Origin: Bacteroidales bacterium
GTDB lineage: Bacteria > Bacteroidota > Bacteroidia > Bacteroidales > P3
Assembly: GCA_009777915.1 (NCBI GenBank)
Contig: WRKV01000001.1
Location: 1-56,958 of the forward strand
Reading direction: 5' to 3'
Length of the DNA: 56,958 nt
Shown: positions 46,421 to 55,153 of the stretch, one piece after another
Position numbering within the stretch: the stretch's first letter is position 1
Layout: every line of letters begins with the position of its first letter
Notes under the pieces: generated by a model
Told to the model about the DNA's origin: nothing
What the model saw: only the letters and a program-made list of their open reading frames with translations
Database searches by the model: none
Position numbers and translations under genes: made by a program

Positions 46421-48009
46421 ACTGTAAAAAAATCGACGTGCTCGACATGAACAACTACAAAATCGAGCGTATGCCAACCCGTCCAAGATCAAGTTTGGAA
46501 ACTTGGATGATGAGAATCGGTGCACCTTTGGCAGCAATCGCCTTTGTGTGGATTTATTGGTTTGCAAGCATTCCGTTTTTGGATACATTCGATGTAACTG
46601 CCCTCACCGGAGATGCAATCAAACGCTTTGAAACGCTTGGAGAAAGCGGGTTTTCACGAATCAACTATGCGATGTTGGCGATATTTGTGGCATCGGTAAT
46701 TCTGTGGATTACGGAAGCCGTGCCGTCGTATCTCACCTCGTTATTCGTGATTTTAGCGATTGTTCTCACAGGCGTTACCACAGAACGAGCCGCTTATGCC
46801 AATCTCGGACACCCGGTGATGTGGCTCAATTTACTCTCGTTCGTTTTGGCGAGTATGCTCGTGAAAACACAAGTTGCCAAACGTTTTGCGTTGTGGTTCG
46901 TGGTGCATTTCGGCAAGAATGCAACTTGGATATTTTTCAGTTTCATCGTGATTAACGTTGTGCTTTCGGCATTCATTTCCGCAACCACAGCCAAAGCAGC
47001 GATTTTGTTGCCGATTTTCATGGTGATTGCAGCGATTTACGGTTCGACAGGAGGCGAAAATCGTAACAATTTCGGACGAAATATCGTGTTGCAAAACTTG
47101 TTTCAAATCAACATGACCGCCGGAGGATTTATGACCGGTTCGGGTGCCAATCTTTTGGCGGCTGCAATGATCATCGGAGCAGGCGGTTTGTTTGGCTATC
47201 AACAGTGGTTTGTGGTGGCATTTCCGATGTGCTTGCTTTTGGTTATCATCGGTTGGATTGTCGGAACAAAAATTTATTTTCCACTGAAAAAAGGGGAGTC
47301 TGTTCCGCAAATTCAAGGCGGAATGCAACGTTTGAAAGAAGAGTTGCACAAACTCGGCACGATGAAATTTGTGGAATACAAAGCTGTCGCGATTTTCGTT
47401 GGCGTGTTGTTTATGTGGACCACCAAAGGTTCGTTTCACAACATTAGCGAAACCGCTGTAGCCTTTATTGGTGCTGTGATTGCACTCACGCCGGGCATCG
47501 GAATTGTGAAGTGGAACGATGTAGACGTGCCTTGGCATTTACTGCTTTTCTCGGCAGGTGCTTACACACTCGGATCGGGTTTAGATAGCACGAATCTCGC
47601 AGGAACCATGATAGACACGCTGTTCACACGTTGGGGACTTACCGACGACACACCGTTTTGGATCTTGTTTACCATCATCACCGGAGCGATGCTGTTCAGT
47701 GCGTTAATTTTCCAATCGAAAACCATGCGTTGCTTGATTTTTATACCGATTGCCATTGGTATAGCACAGCGATTCGGGTTCCCGATTGTGAGCTTGGCAG
47801 TGCCTGTGGCGTTGTTGATCGAACACGTTTACGTGTTGCCGTTCAACAGCAAGCCCGCCGTATTGCTCTACGGAACCAACCATTACAGTTGGGCAGACAC
47901 ATTCAAATTCGGTTTCACCATGATGATAATCGCATGGATTGTGTTGTTCATCTGGGGACAAACCGTAATGAAATGGCTTGGATATTTGCCGAATGGCGTA
48001 TTTTATTAA
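46414..48009 (+). CDS. DASS/SLC13-family sodium-coupled anion symporter
   Basis: Polytopic, about 530 aa. ILWITEAVPSYLTSL and PFNSKPAVLLYGT motifs typical of DASS permeases. The start is uncertain: the ATG at 46414 overlaps the CYTH stop (ATGGTAG); the alternative ATG is at 46447. Confidence 0.82.
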   Translation: MVDCKKIDVLDMNNYKIERMPTRPRSSLETWMMRIGAPLAAIAFVWIYWFASIPFLDTFDVTALTGDAIKRFETLGESGFSRINYAMLAIFVASVILWITEAVPSYLTSLFVILAIVLTGVTTERAAYANLGHPVMWLNLLSFVLASMLVKTQVAKRFALWFVVHFGKNATWIFFSFIVINVVLSAFISATTAKAAILLPIFMVIAAIYGSTGGENRNNFGRNIVLQNLFQINMTAGGFMTGSGANLLAAAMIIGAGGLFGYQQWFVVAFPMCLLLVIIGWIVGTKIYFPLKKGESVPQIQGGMQRLKEELHKLGTMKFVEYKAVAIFVGVLFMWTTKGSFHNISETAVAFIGAVIALTPGIGIVKWNDVDVPWHLLLFSAGAYTLGSGLDSTNLAGTMIDTLFTRWGLTDDTPFWILFTIITGAMLFSALIFQSKTMRCLIFIPIAIGIAQRFGFPIVSLAVPVALLIEHVYVLPFNSKPAVLLYGTNHYSWADTFKFGFTMMIIAWIVLFIWGQTVMKWLGYLPNGVFY

Positions 48010-48021
48010 AATAGAAATAAC

Positions 48022-49305
48022 ATGAAAGAATATATAGATTCCTTACCGCAAGATTTTATCAACTTCTTTTTAGTAACCGTATTTTCGTTACTAATCGGGT
48101 TGTCGCAACGCCGAATTAATTTACAAAGTAACAGTAAAAAGTTTTTTGGATCCGACCGAACGTTTACGCTCATCGGGATTTTAGGATTTATTCTGTACAT
48201 CTTAGAACCGCAATGTATGTCGCTGTACGCCGGAGGAGGTTTGATTTTGGGCGTTATTTTGACCGCAAATTATGCTCTCAAAATGTATCATTTCAAACGC
48301 TACGGCATCACTGCAATTATCACGGCATTCCTCACGTATTGTATGGCACCGCTCGTGATTACGCAACCTATGTGGCTTTCGCTGTTGGTGGTGGTGATCA
48401 TTTTGTTGATTACCGAAATGAAAGAAACATTTATCAATTTCGCCAAAAGACTCAATAATGACGAATTTGTAACGTTAGCCAAATTTATTCTGATCGTTGG
48501 AATTATTTTACCGATGCTTCCGGATACGCCGATTGTAGAGGGTATTTCGCTCACACCGTACAAAATTTGGTTGGCAACAGTGGTCATCTCAATCATTTCA
48601 TATTCGTCGTATTTGTTGAATAAATTTGTATTTCCGAAGTCGGGTATTATGCTTTCGGGCATACTGGGCGGGATATACAGCAGCACGGCAACCGTTGTGA
48701 TTTTAGCCAAAAAATGTAAAACAGCCGGCGAACAAGATGTGAAAGAATACGCAGCAGCAGTGATTGCGGCGATTTGTATGATGTATGTGCGTGTGCTGGT
48801 AATTGTGGCGATTTTTAATCAAGTATTGTTTGCCAAAATGTTGGTATACTTCTTGATTATGATTGCGGTTTGTGGCAGTATTTCAGCGTTTCTGCACTTT
48901 TATCAACGAAAGCGAGAAGAGATCATCTATCACGAAGAAACCAAAGTGGATGAAAACCCTCTGGAATTCAGAGTGGCGTTGATTTTCGCTTTGTTGTTTA
49001 TAGTGTTTACGATTGCGACCAAATATACGATCGAATATTTCGGAACGATGGGGTTGAATGTATTGTCGGTACTGTCCGGAATTGGAGATATTACGCCGTT
49101 TTTGCTCACGCTTTTCGATGGCAAATATGATGTAACCAACACCATGATCGGGCTTGCTACATTTCAAGCCATCATCAGCAGTAATGCGTTGAAATTGGCT
49201 TATGGTATCGGATTTTCAGGCAATCGCAAAGGTTTCTCACGTGCACTGACATGGGCACTTTGCATTATTGTTGGAGTCAATATCTTGTTGCTGTTTTTTA
49301 TGTAG
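48022..49305 (+). CDS. MgtC/SapB-like N-terminus plus DUF4010-type polytopic membrane protein
   Basis: 427 aa, about 10 TM segments. N-terminal LLIGLSQRR...DRTFTLIGILG resembles the MgtC-family GlERe...RT motif. Confidence 0.6.
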   Translation: MKEYIDSLPQDFINFFLVTVFSLLIGLSQRRINLQSNSKKFFGSDRTFTLIGILGFILYILEPQCMSLYAGGGLILGVILTANYALKMYHFKRYGITAIITAFLTYCMAPLVITQPMWLSLLVVVIILLITEMKETFINFAKRLNNDEFVTLAKFILIVGIILPMLPDTPIVEGISLTPYKIWLATVVISIISYSSYLLNKFVFPKSGIMLSGILGGIYSSTATVVILAKKCKTAGEQDVKEYAAAVIAAICMMYVRVLVIVAIFNQVLFAKMLVYFLIMIAVCGSISAFLHFYQRKREEIIYHEETKVDENPLEFRVALIFALLFIVFTIATKYTIEYFGTMGLNVLSVLSGIGDITPFLLTLFDGKYDVTNTMIGLATFQAIISSNALKLAYGIGFSGNRKGFSRALTWALCIIVGVNILLLFFM

Positions 49306-49308
49306 TGA

Positions 49309-49322
49309 ACCGATTAATCGGT
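49309..49322. repeat. 14-nt perfect palindrome ACCGATTAATCGGT between convergent genes
   Basis: Read directly. Possible weak bidirectional stem-loop. Confidence 0.5.
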
Positions 49323-49325
49323 AGA

Positions 49326-50219
49326 TTATTTGCCCCAAATCGGCGTTGGATAAACACCCTTTTCGGTTAAATCCGCCAAACGTTGTTTGGTATTGGAAAC
49401 ATCCTCTTGGTAAGTGATACCAAACCATTCGGCGTTTGAAGCAAGCACATCGCAATGCGACCCTTGCTGCATCAGCAACGACGCCAATGTAGGAATATAA
49501 TATTCGGATTTCAATTCTTTGGAATGCTCTTTCAAAAAATCGTAAAAACCTTGTTCCAAAATTTCAAAATGCGATTTTTGAAATCCCCAAAAATTCATGG
49601 AAACTATTGTATTTTCAGGTAGTTCGTTAGTTTCTGCTTCATCAATATAGACGATTTTTTCGTTGAGATGTTGAATAGAAACACGTTCTGTAATACTTTT
49701 CAAACGTTGTTTTTCGTCTAATTCGCAAACGCCACGCGACACGGTTCCGTAGTCGGAAAGCGTTTGATTCAGAGCATAACCGACCATACAAAAATCGTTG
49801 GTGTTTTCGATGGTTTTGAAATAATTAACGATATCCAAAAACGCCTCTTTTCCGTAAAAATCATCACCATTAATCACAACAAAAGAACCTTCAACAGCGT
49901 CTTTTGCCATGAGCACAGCATGTCCGGTGCCCCATGGTTTCTGACGTTCCGGCAAATACTCAAAATTTTTGGGAATTTTGTACAACTCCTGATCGACAAA
50001 TTCAAATTTGATTTTATCGCCATATTTTTCGGTAAATGTTTTTGCAAAATGTTCATGTGTAGCCTCACGAATCACAAGGACAATTTTGCTGAAACCCGCA
50101 CGAATAGCGTCGTAGATAGAATAATCAATAAGGGTTTCTCCGGAAGGTCCAAGTCCTTCAATTTGTTTCAAACTTCCAAAACGGCTTGCCATTCCGGCAG
50201 CTAAAATTACTAAAGTCAT
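49326..50219 (-). CDS. sugar-phosphate nucleotidyltransferase family protein
   Basis: Start at MTLVILAAGMASRFG (NTP-transferase G-rich loop). The upstream part of the track ORF crosses the promoter. Confidence 0.75.
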   Translation of the reverse strand: MTLVILAAGMASRFGSLKQIEGLGPSGETLIDYSIYDAIRAGFSKIVLVIREATHEHFAKTFTEKYGDKIKFEFVDQELYKIPKNFEYLPERQKPWGTGHAVLMAKDAVEGSFVVINGDDFYGKEAFLDIVNYFKTIENTNDFCMVGYALNQTLSDYGTVSRGVCELDEKQRLKSITERVSIQHLNEKIVYIDEAETNELPENTIVSMNFWGFQKSHFEILEQGFYDFLKEHSKELKSEYYIPTLASLLMQQGSHCDVLASNAEWFGITYQEDVSNTKQRLADLTEKGVYPTPIWGK

Positions 50220-50256
50220 GGTATAAAAAAGATATTTAATTTTAATTTCAACCCTG

Positions 50257-50264
50257 CAAAGATA
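50257..50264 (-). promoter_or_regulatory. -7 promoter box TAtcTTTG (nucleotidyltransferase)
   Basis: ctgcaaagataca on the + strand. Confidence 0.55.
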
Positions 50265-50277
50265 CAAAATTTTTTCG

Positions 50278-50285
50278 TATCTTTG
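50278..50285 (+). promoter_or_regulatory. -7 promoter box TAtcTTTG (DUF5686 gene)
   Basis: Back-to-back with the minus-strand box, 13 nt apart. Confidence 0.55.
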
Positions 50286-50308
50286 CAATCTCCTTTCAAA
50301 AAAAAAGA

Positions 50309-52732
50309 ATGCGACTACTGATTTTTGGTATATTAATGTTTTCTGTTCACGTTGCAATTGCTCAATATGCAATCAGAGGTAAAGTTGTCGACGAAAGAAC
50401 CAAAGAACCGTTGGCGTTTGTCAATATCCGAATCAACGACAACCCTCGATTGGGCGTAACCACAGACATTGACGGAAATTTCAGGTATGAATCCGCAACA
50501 CCTGTAAAAACATTATTGTTCAGTTATGTCGGTTACGAAAGAAAACAAATTGCAATGGATTCTGTGAACAATCCGAACCGAATGCAAATAAGTTTGAGTC
50601 AAACGAATTTGAATTTGCAAAGCGTTACCATCGTTGCCGGAGAAAATCCTGCAGACCGCATTATTCGGAGTGTTTCAGCGAATCGAAAAATCAATAATCC
50701 CGAAAATGTCAGATCGTTTACCTACCAATCTCACAATAAAATTATTGCTGATTTTGTTACTAATGATACGCCAACAAAAGGCGACAGTATTCAAAACCGG
50801 ATCAGAGAAAGTTTTCGTGGCGGCTATTTTTTCCTTACGGAAACCACTACCGAACGCAAATATCGTTATCCGAATCGAAGTCAGGAAACGATTTTGAGTA
50901 CGAGAACAGCAGGTTTTCAAAACTTCACACTTCCGTTTTTAGCAACCGATTTTCAGCCGTTTTCGTTTTATGGCGACCATTTTCAAATCTTGGATATTAA
51001 ATATCTGAATCCCATCAGTCGTGGTAGCACCAATCATTATTTTTTCAATATCGAAGATACGATTTTTCAAAATCGAGATACGGTTTTTGTGATTTCGTTT
51101 CGTCCCAAACGGGGCAGAAACATTGATGGTTTGAAAGGTGTATTACAAATCAACACAAATAAATATGCCGTGCAAAATGTGATTGCCGAACCGGCAGAAC
51201 CGGGATTGCTTAATATGAAAATTCAACAACAATACGTGTTTTTGAACGATACACAATGGTTTCCCGAACAACTTAATTTTGAAATTTCGTTTGGTCAAAT
51301 ACAAGCGACTGTTGACAGCAGCAAAGATGCGGCGGCACTTTTGATGCGAGGAAGAAGTTACATAGACAACGTTGAACTTTTCCCCGATTTGAGTAGAAGC
51401 AGTTTTTCGATTGACCAAATTATTTTAGATGCGATGGCAAATTTTCAAGACAGCACATTTTGGAATCAACGGCGGATTGCTCCCTTAGATTCTATGGAAA
51501 TGGCGACCTATCAATTTTTGGACAGCATCGGCGAAGTGTACGATTTCGACAGGTTTACAACCTTTTTCGAAAAATTTATACAAGGCAAAATTCCGGTCAA
51601 AGGTTTCGATATCGATTTCTCGAAAACGTTTGTTATGAATGAATTTGAGGGATGGCGACCGGGCATTGGTCTGATGACGAATGAAAGAATTTCCAAACAT
51701 TTTTCGGTGGGCGGATTTTTTGGGTATGGTATTAGAGATAAGCTGTGGAAATACGGCGGAGAGGGCGTTTGGACTATCAACCGAATACATGAAATAGATT
51801 TGCGTGTGAGCTACCAAAACACCCTTCGGGAAACCGGTCGAACAGCACTGTACACGGGGCATAACAGCGTTTACGATTTCAGAAATTATACGGCTTCGCA
51901 GATGGATCAAATCGAGGAAAAGGCGGTGGGATTTGGATTTCGAGCGTTTCGATATGCCAAATTTAATATCGTATTGAATCAAACTCTGGTTAATCCGTTG
52001 TACGATTATGCCTTTCAATCCGGCACGTTCAGCGATTCGACCAATTACCAATACTCAAGTTTGAATGTCGGATTGCGATATGCTTTCGGCGAACGATTTG
52101 CCCGAACGTCCACACAGCGGGTAAGTCTGGGGACACGTTTCCCGATCATTCATCTGAATTATAGTCGAGGGATAGACGGATTTTTGGATGGCGAATTAGA
52201 CTTTAACAAGATTGAAATTCGAGTGGATAAATCGTTTACGTGGAAAATTTTAGGCGAGTCGAAAATTCGTGTGGATGCGGGTATGGCAGATCGCTCTTTG
52301 CCTTATGGATTGCTGTATACAGGCGAAGGAAGTTTTGACAAAAGATGGATGATTTTTGTGCCGAATTATTTTCAAACGATGAAAAAATATGAATTTTTAT
52401 CCGACCAATATGCACACCTGTTTTTTTCGCATAATTTCGGTTCTCTTTTCCTTCGGATTAAAAAATTTCAACCGCATTTCACGATACATCACAATATGGG
52501 GTGGGGGAGACTGTCGCACCCCGAATATCAGCAAGACATAGCATTCCAAACCAAAGAAAAAGGTTTTTATGAATCGGGATTCCAAATCGATCAAATTCTC
52601 AAATTAAATTATTTCGGAGCCATGTACGCCGGCTTTGGTGCAGGTGTTTACTATCGCTACGGTGCTTATGCTTACGATAGGGTAGAGGATAATTTTATGT
52701 TTAAGTTTTCGTTTACGTTTTCCACGAAATAA
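50309..52732 (+). CDS. carboxypeptidase-regulatory-like domain plus DUF5686-type outer-membrane-like protein
   Basis: 807 aa with a signal peptide. IRGKVVDERTKEPLAFVNIRI...TDIDGNF (CarbopepD_reg-like). Long beta-rich remainder typical of DUF5686 proteins. Confidence 0.72.
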   Translation: MRLLIFGILMFSVHVAIAQYAIRGKVVDERTKEPLAFVNIRINDNPRLGVTTDIDGNFRYESATPVKTLLFSYVGYERKQIAMDSVNNPNRMQISLSQTNLNLQSVTIVAGENPADRIIRSVSANRKINNPENVRSFTYQSHNKIIADFVTNDTPTKGDSIQNRIRESFRGGYFFLTETTTERKYRYPNRSQETILSTRTAGFQNFTLPFLATDFQPFSFYGDHFQILDIKYLNPISRGSTNHYFFNIEDTIFQNRDTVFVISFRPKRGRNIDGLKGVLQINTNKYAVQNVIAEPAEPGLLNMKIQQQYVFLNDTQWFPEQLNFEISFGQIQATVDSSKDAAALLMRGRSYIDNVELFPDLSRSSFSIDQIILDAMANFQDSTFWNQRRIAPLDSMEMATYQFLDSIGEVYDFDRFTTFFEKFIQGKIPVKGFDIDFSKTFVMNEFEGWRPGIGLMTNERISKHFSVGGFFGYGIRDKLWKYGGEGVWTINRIHEIDLRVSYQNTLRETGRTALYTGHNSVYDFRNYTASQMDQIEEKAVGFGFRAFRYAKFNIVLNQTLVNPLYDYAFQSGTFSDSTNYQYSSLNVGLRYAFGERFARTSTQRVSLGTRFPIIHLNYSRGIDGFLDGELDFNKIEIRVDKSFTWKILGESKIRVDAGMADRSLPYGLLYTGEGSFDKRWMIFVPNYFQTMKKYEFLSDQYAHLFFSHNFGSLFLRIKKFQPHFTIHHNMGWGRLSHPEYQQDIAFQTKEKGFYESGFQIDQILKLNYFGAMYAGFGAGVYYRYGAYAYDRVEDNFMFKFSFTFSTK

Positions 52733-52771
52733 AGTCTGAAAAACTTTCCTTGCTATTTTCAAAATTTTTTG

Positions 52772-52779
52772 TATCTTTG
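52772..52779 (+). promoter_or_regulatory. -7 promoter box TAtcTTTG (hutU)
   Basis: 19 nt upstream of the ATG at 52798. Confidence 0.55.
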
Positions 52780-52797
52780 TCGAAAAAAAAAAGATTT

Positions 52798-54831
52798 ATG
52801 TCCGACTTTCAAAATCAAATTCGTCAAGGTATTCCCGACAGTTTGCCGTCTCCGCAAACGTATGATACAAGCGTGAATCACGCACCCAAACGTAAAGATA
52901 TTTTAACTGCCGATGAAAAAAAATTAGCACTTCGCAATGCGTTACGCTATTTCGATCCGAAACATCATGCCGAACTTTTGCCTGAATTCAAGCAAGAGTT
53001 GGAAACATACGGCAGAATTTATATGTATCGTTTTCGTCCGACTTACAAAATGTATGCTCGTCCGATTGATGAATACCCTGCGAAATCCAAGCAGGCTGCG
53101 GCAATCATGCTGATGATCCAAAATAATTTGGATTATGCTGTGGCACAACATCCGCACGAACTCATCACGTATGGCGGGAATGGTGCGGTTTTCCAAAATT
53201 GGGCACAGTATTTGCTCACGATGAAATACCTTTCGGAAATGTCCGATGAGCAAACGTTGGTCATGTATAGCGGGCATCCGATGGGCTTGTTCCCGTCTCA
53301 CAAAGACGCACCACGCGTAGTGGTTACGAACGGTATGATGATTCCGAATTACTCCAAACCCGACGATTGGGAACGTTTCAACGCACTCGGCGTAACGCAA
53401 TACGGACAAATGACGGCGGGTTCATACATGTACATCGGACCACAGGGAATCGTGCATGGGACAACGATTACGGTGATGAATGCGATGCGAAAACTACAGC
53501 AAATGACTGCGACAAGTGGCAACGTAAGGGCGAGGCATGCCTCGCCCCTACAACAAACCCCATTATTCGTTACATCGGGATTGGGTGGTATGTCCGGTGC
53601 ACAACCTAAGGCGGGAAACATTGCAGGTTGTGTTTCGATTACGGCAGAAATTAATCCGAAGGCCACGCACACGCGTCATTCGCAAGGTTGGGTAGATGAG
53701 GTTCATGACGATTTGGACAAACTTTTTTCACGTGTGAAAGAGGTGCAAAATCAAAACGGTGTTCGCTCGTTTGCGTATCAAGGTAATGTCGTGGATTTAT
53801 GGGAATATTGTGCGAAAAATAACATTAAAGTGGATATGGGTTCCGACCAAACTTCGCTGCACAATCCTTGGGCGGGCGGTTATTATCCGATTGGATTAAC
53901 GTTTGAGGAATCCAATAAAATGATGGCAGAACAACCGGAATTGTTCAAGCAAAAAGTTCAGGAAACCTTGAAAAGACACGTGAATGCCGTAAACACTTGC
54001 GTAAAAAACGGCACCTATTTTTTCGATTATGGTAATGCATTTTTGTTGGAATCAAGTCGTGCGGGTGCAGATATTTTGAACGAAAAAGGGAATTTCAAAT
54101 ATCCGTCTTATGTGCAAGATATTATGGGACCGATGTGTTTCGACTACGGGTTCGGACCGTTCCGTTGGGTGTGCACTTCGGGCAAACCGGAGGATTTAGA
54201 TATTTCGGATCAAATTGCGATGGACGTTTTGGCAGAAATGTCCGAAAAATCGCCTGTGGAAATCCAACAACAAATGCAAGATAATATCCGTTGGATTTGC
54301 GGAGCGAAAGAAAATAAATTGGTTGTCGGTTCTCAAGCCCGCATTCTGTATGCCGATGCGGAGGGTCGCATGAAAATTGCGGAAGCGTTTAATCAGGCGA
54401 TTGAAGTCGGAGCAATTTCCGCACCGATTGTTTTAGGTCGCGATCATCACGATGTTTCGGGAACGGATTCGCCGTTCAGAGAGACTTCGAATATCTACGA
54501 TGGGTCGAGCTTTACAGCGGATATGGCGATTCACAATGTGATTGGCGATTCGTTTCGAGGTGCGACTTGGGTGAGCATTCACAACGGCGGTGGCGTAGGT
54601 TGGGGCGAGGTCATCAACGGCGGGTTTGGTATGGTTTTAGATGGTTCTGCTGATGCCGAACGCAGACTAAAATCCATGTTGTTTTGGGACGTGAACAACG
54701 GTATTTCGAGACGTTCGTGGGCACGCAATCCCGGTGCGATTTTTGCCATCAAACGAGCGATGAACATAGAACCCAATTTGAAAATTACCTTGCCGAATAT
54801 AGTAGATGATGCACTTTTGGAGAGGTTCTGA
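52798..54831 (+). CDS. hutU: urocanate hydratase
   Basis: 677 aa. TYGGNGAVFQNW, GQMTAGSYMYIGPQGIVHGT, SGLGGMSGAQPKA and LGRDHHDVSGTDSP motifs. Confidence 0.93.
   Translation: MSDFQNQIRQGIPDSLPSPQTYDTSVNHAPKRKDILTADEKKLALRNALRYFDPKHHAELLPEFKQELETYGRIYMYRFRPTYKMYARPIDEYPAKSKQAAAIMLMIQNNLDYAVAQHPHELITYGGNGAVFQNWAQYLLTMKYLSEMSDEQTLVMYSGHPMGLFPSHKDAPRVVVTNGMMIPNYSKPDDWERFNALGVTQYGQMTAGSYMYIGPQGIVHGTTITVMNAMRKLQQMTATSGNVRARHASPLQQTPLFVTSGLGGMSGAQPKAGNIAGCVSITAEINPKATHTRHSQGWVDEVHDDLDKLFSRVKEVQNQNGVRSFAYQGNVVDLWEYCAKNNIKVDMGSDQTSLHNPWAGGYYPIGLTFEESNKMMAEQPELFKQKVQETLKRHVNAVNTCVKNGTYFFDYGNAFLLESSRAGADILNEKGNFKYPSYVQDIMGPMCFDYGFGPFRWVCTSGKPEDLDISDQIAMDVLAEMSEKSPVEIQQQMQDNIRWICGAKENKLVVGSQARILYADAEGRMKIAEAFNQAIEVGAISAPIVLGRDHHDVSGTDSPFRETSNIYDGSSFTADMAIHNVIGDSFRGATWVSIHNGGGVGWGEVINGGFGMVLDGSADAERRLKSMLFWDVNNGISRRSWARNPGAIFAIKRAMNIEPNLKITLPNIVDDALLERF
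53524..53551. repeat. GC-rich palindromic element, copy c (GTAAGGGCGAGGCATGCCTCGCCCCTAC) inside hutU, in frame
   Basis: 13 of 14 arm positions pair. Translated as ..NVRARHASPLQ.. just before the SGLGGMSGAQ NAD-binding loop. Confidence 0.85.
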
Positions 54832-54902
54832 ACTCAAACTTTTTTGGGTCTCCAAAAAGTAATAAAAAACGTATTTTTTCCCGCTATTTCAAAAATTTTT
54901 CG

Positions 54903-54910
54903 TATCTTTG
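54903..54910 (+). promoter_or_regulatory. -7 promoter box TAtcTTTG (leader plus FISUMP gene)
   Basis: tttttcgtatctttgcaaaaa, homologous to the box at 1590-1597 (minus strand). Confidence 0.55.
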
Positions 54911-54914
54911 CAAA

Positions 54915-55108
54915 AATTTTAACCAAAAACCAATTATGAAATAAACGAAAATATAAATAAACAATAGCGATTTGCTAATTCTTGCTATCGAAAATTACGA
55001 ACTTTCAAACTCACAAGAATAAGTGGACGCCTGCAATTGCGGGCTTATCTTATTTGTGAGTTGGGTTTCGTAATACCTTGATAGCGGATTTGAAAGTCCG
55101 CTTTTTTT
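54915..55108 (+). promoter_or_regulatory. conserved structured 5' leader: mini-ORF ATGAAATAA, long hairpin, intrinsic terminator. Candidate attenuator, riboswitch or sRNA. Copy 2.
   Basis: Mini-ORF at 54936-54944. Helices attacgaa/ttcgtaat (54994-55001/55067-55074), ctcaca..aataag/cttatt..tgtgag (55010-55023/55049-55060) and apical gcctgc-aatt-gcgggc (55029-55044). Terminator agcgga...tccgct plus T7 (55083-55108). Confidence 0.65.
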
Positions 55109-55153
55109 ATTGCCCTAAATCATAAATCATAAAACATAAACCATAAAATACCT

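Noticed and set aside
54838-54860. An AT-rich stem-loop, acttttttgg-gtct-ccaaaaagt, after hutU as a terminator.
   Set aside because: The stem is almost entirely A-T with a bulge and is not followed by a T-run. It is possible but too weak to annotate.
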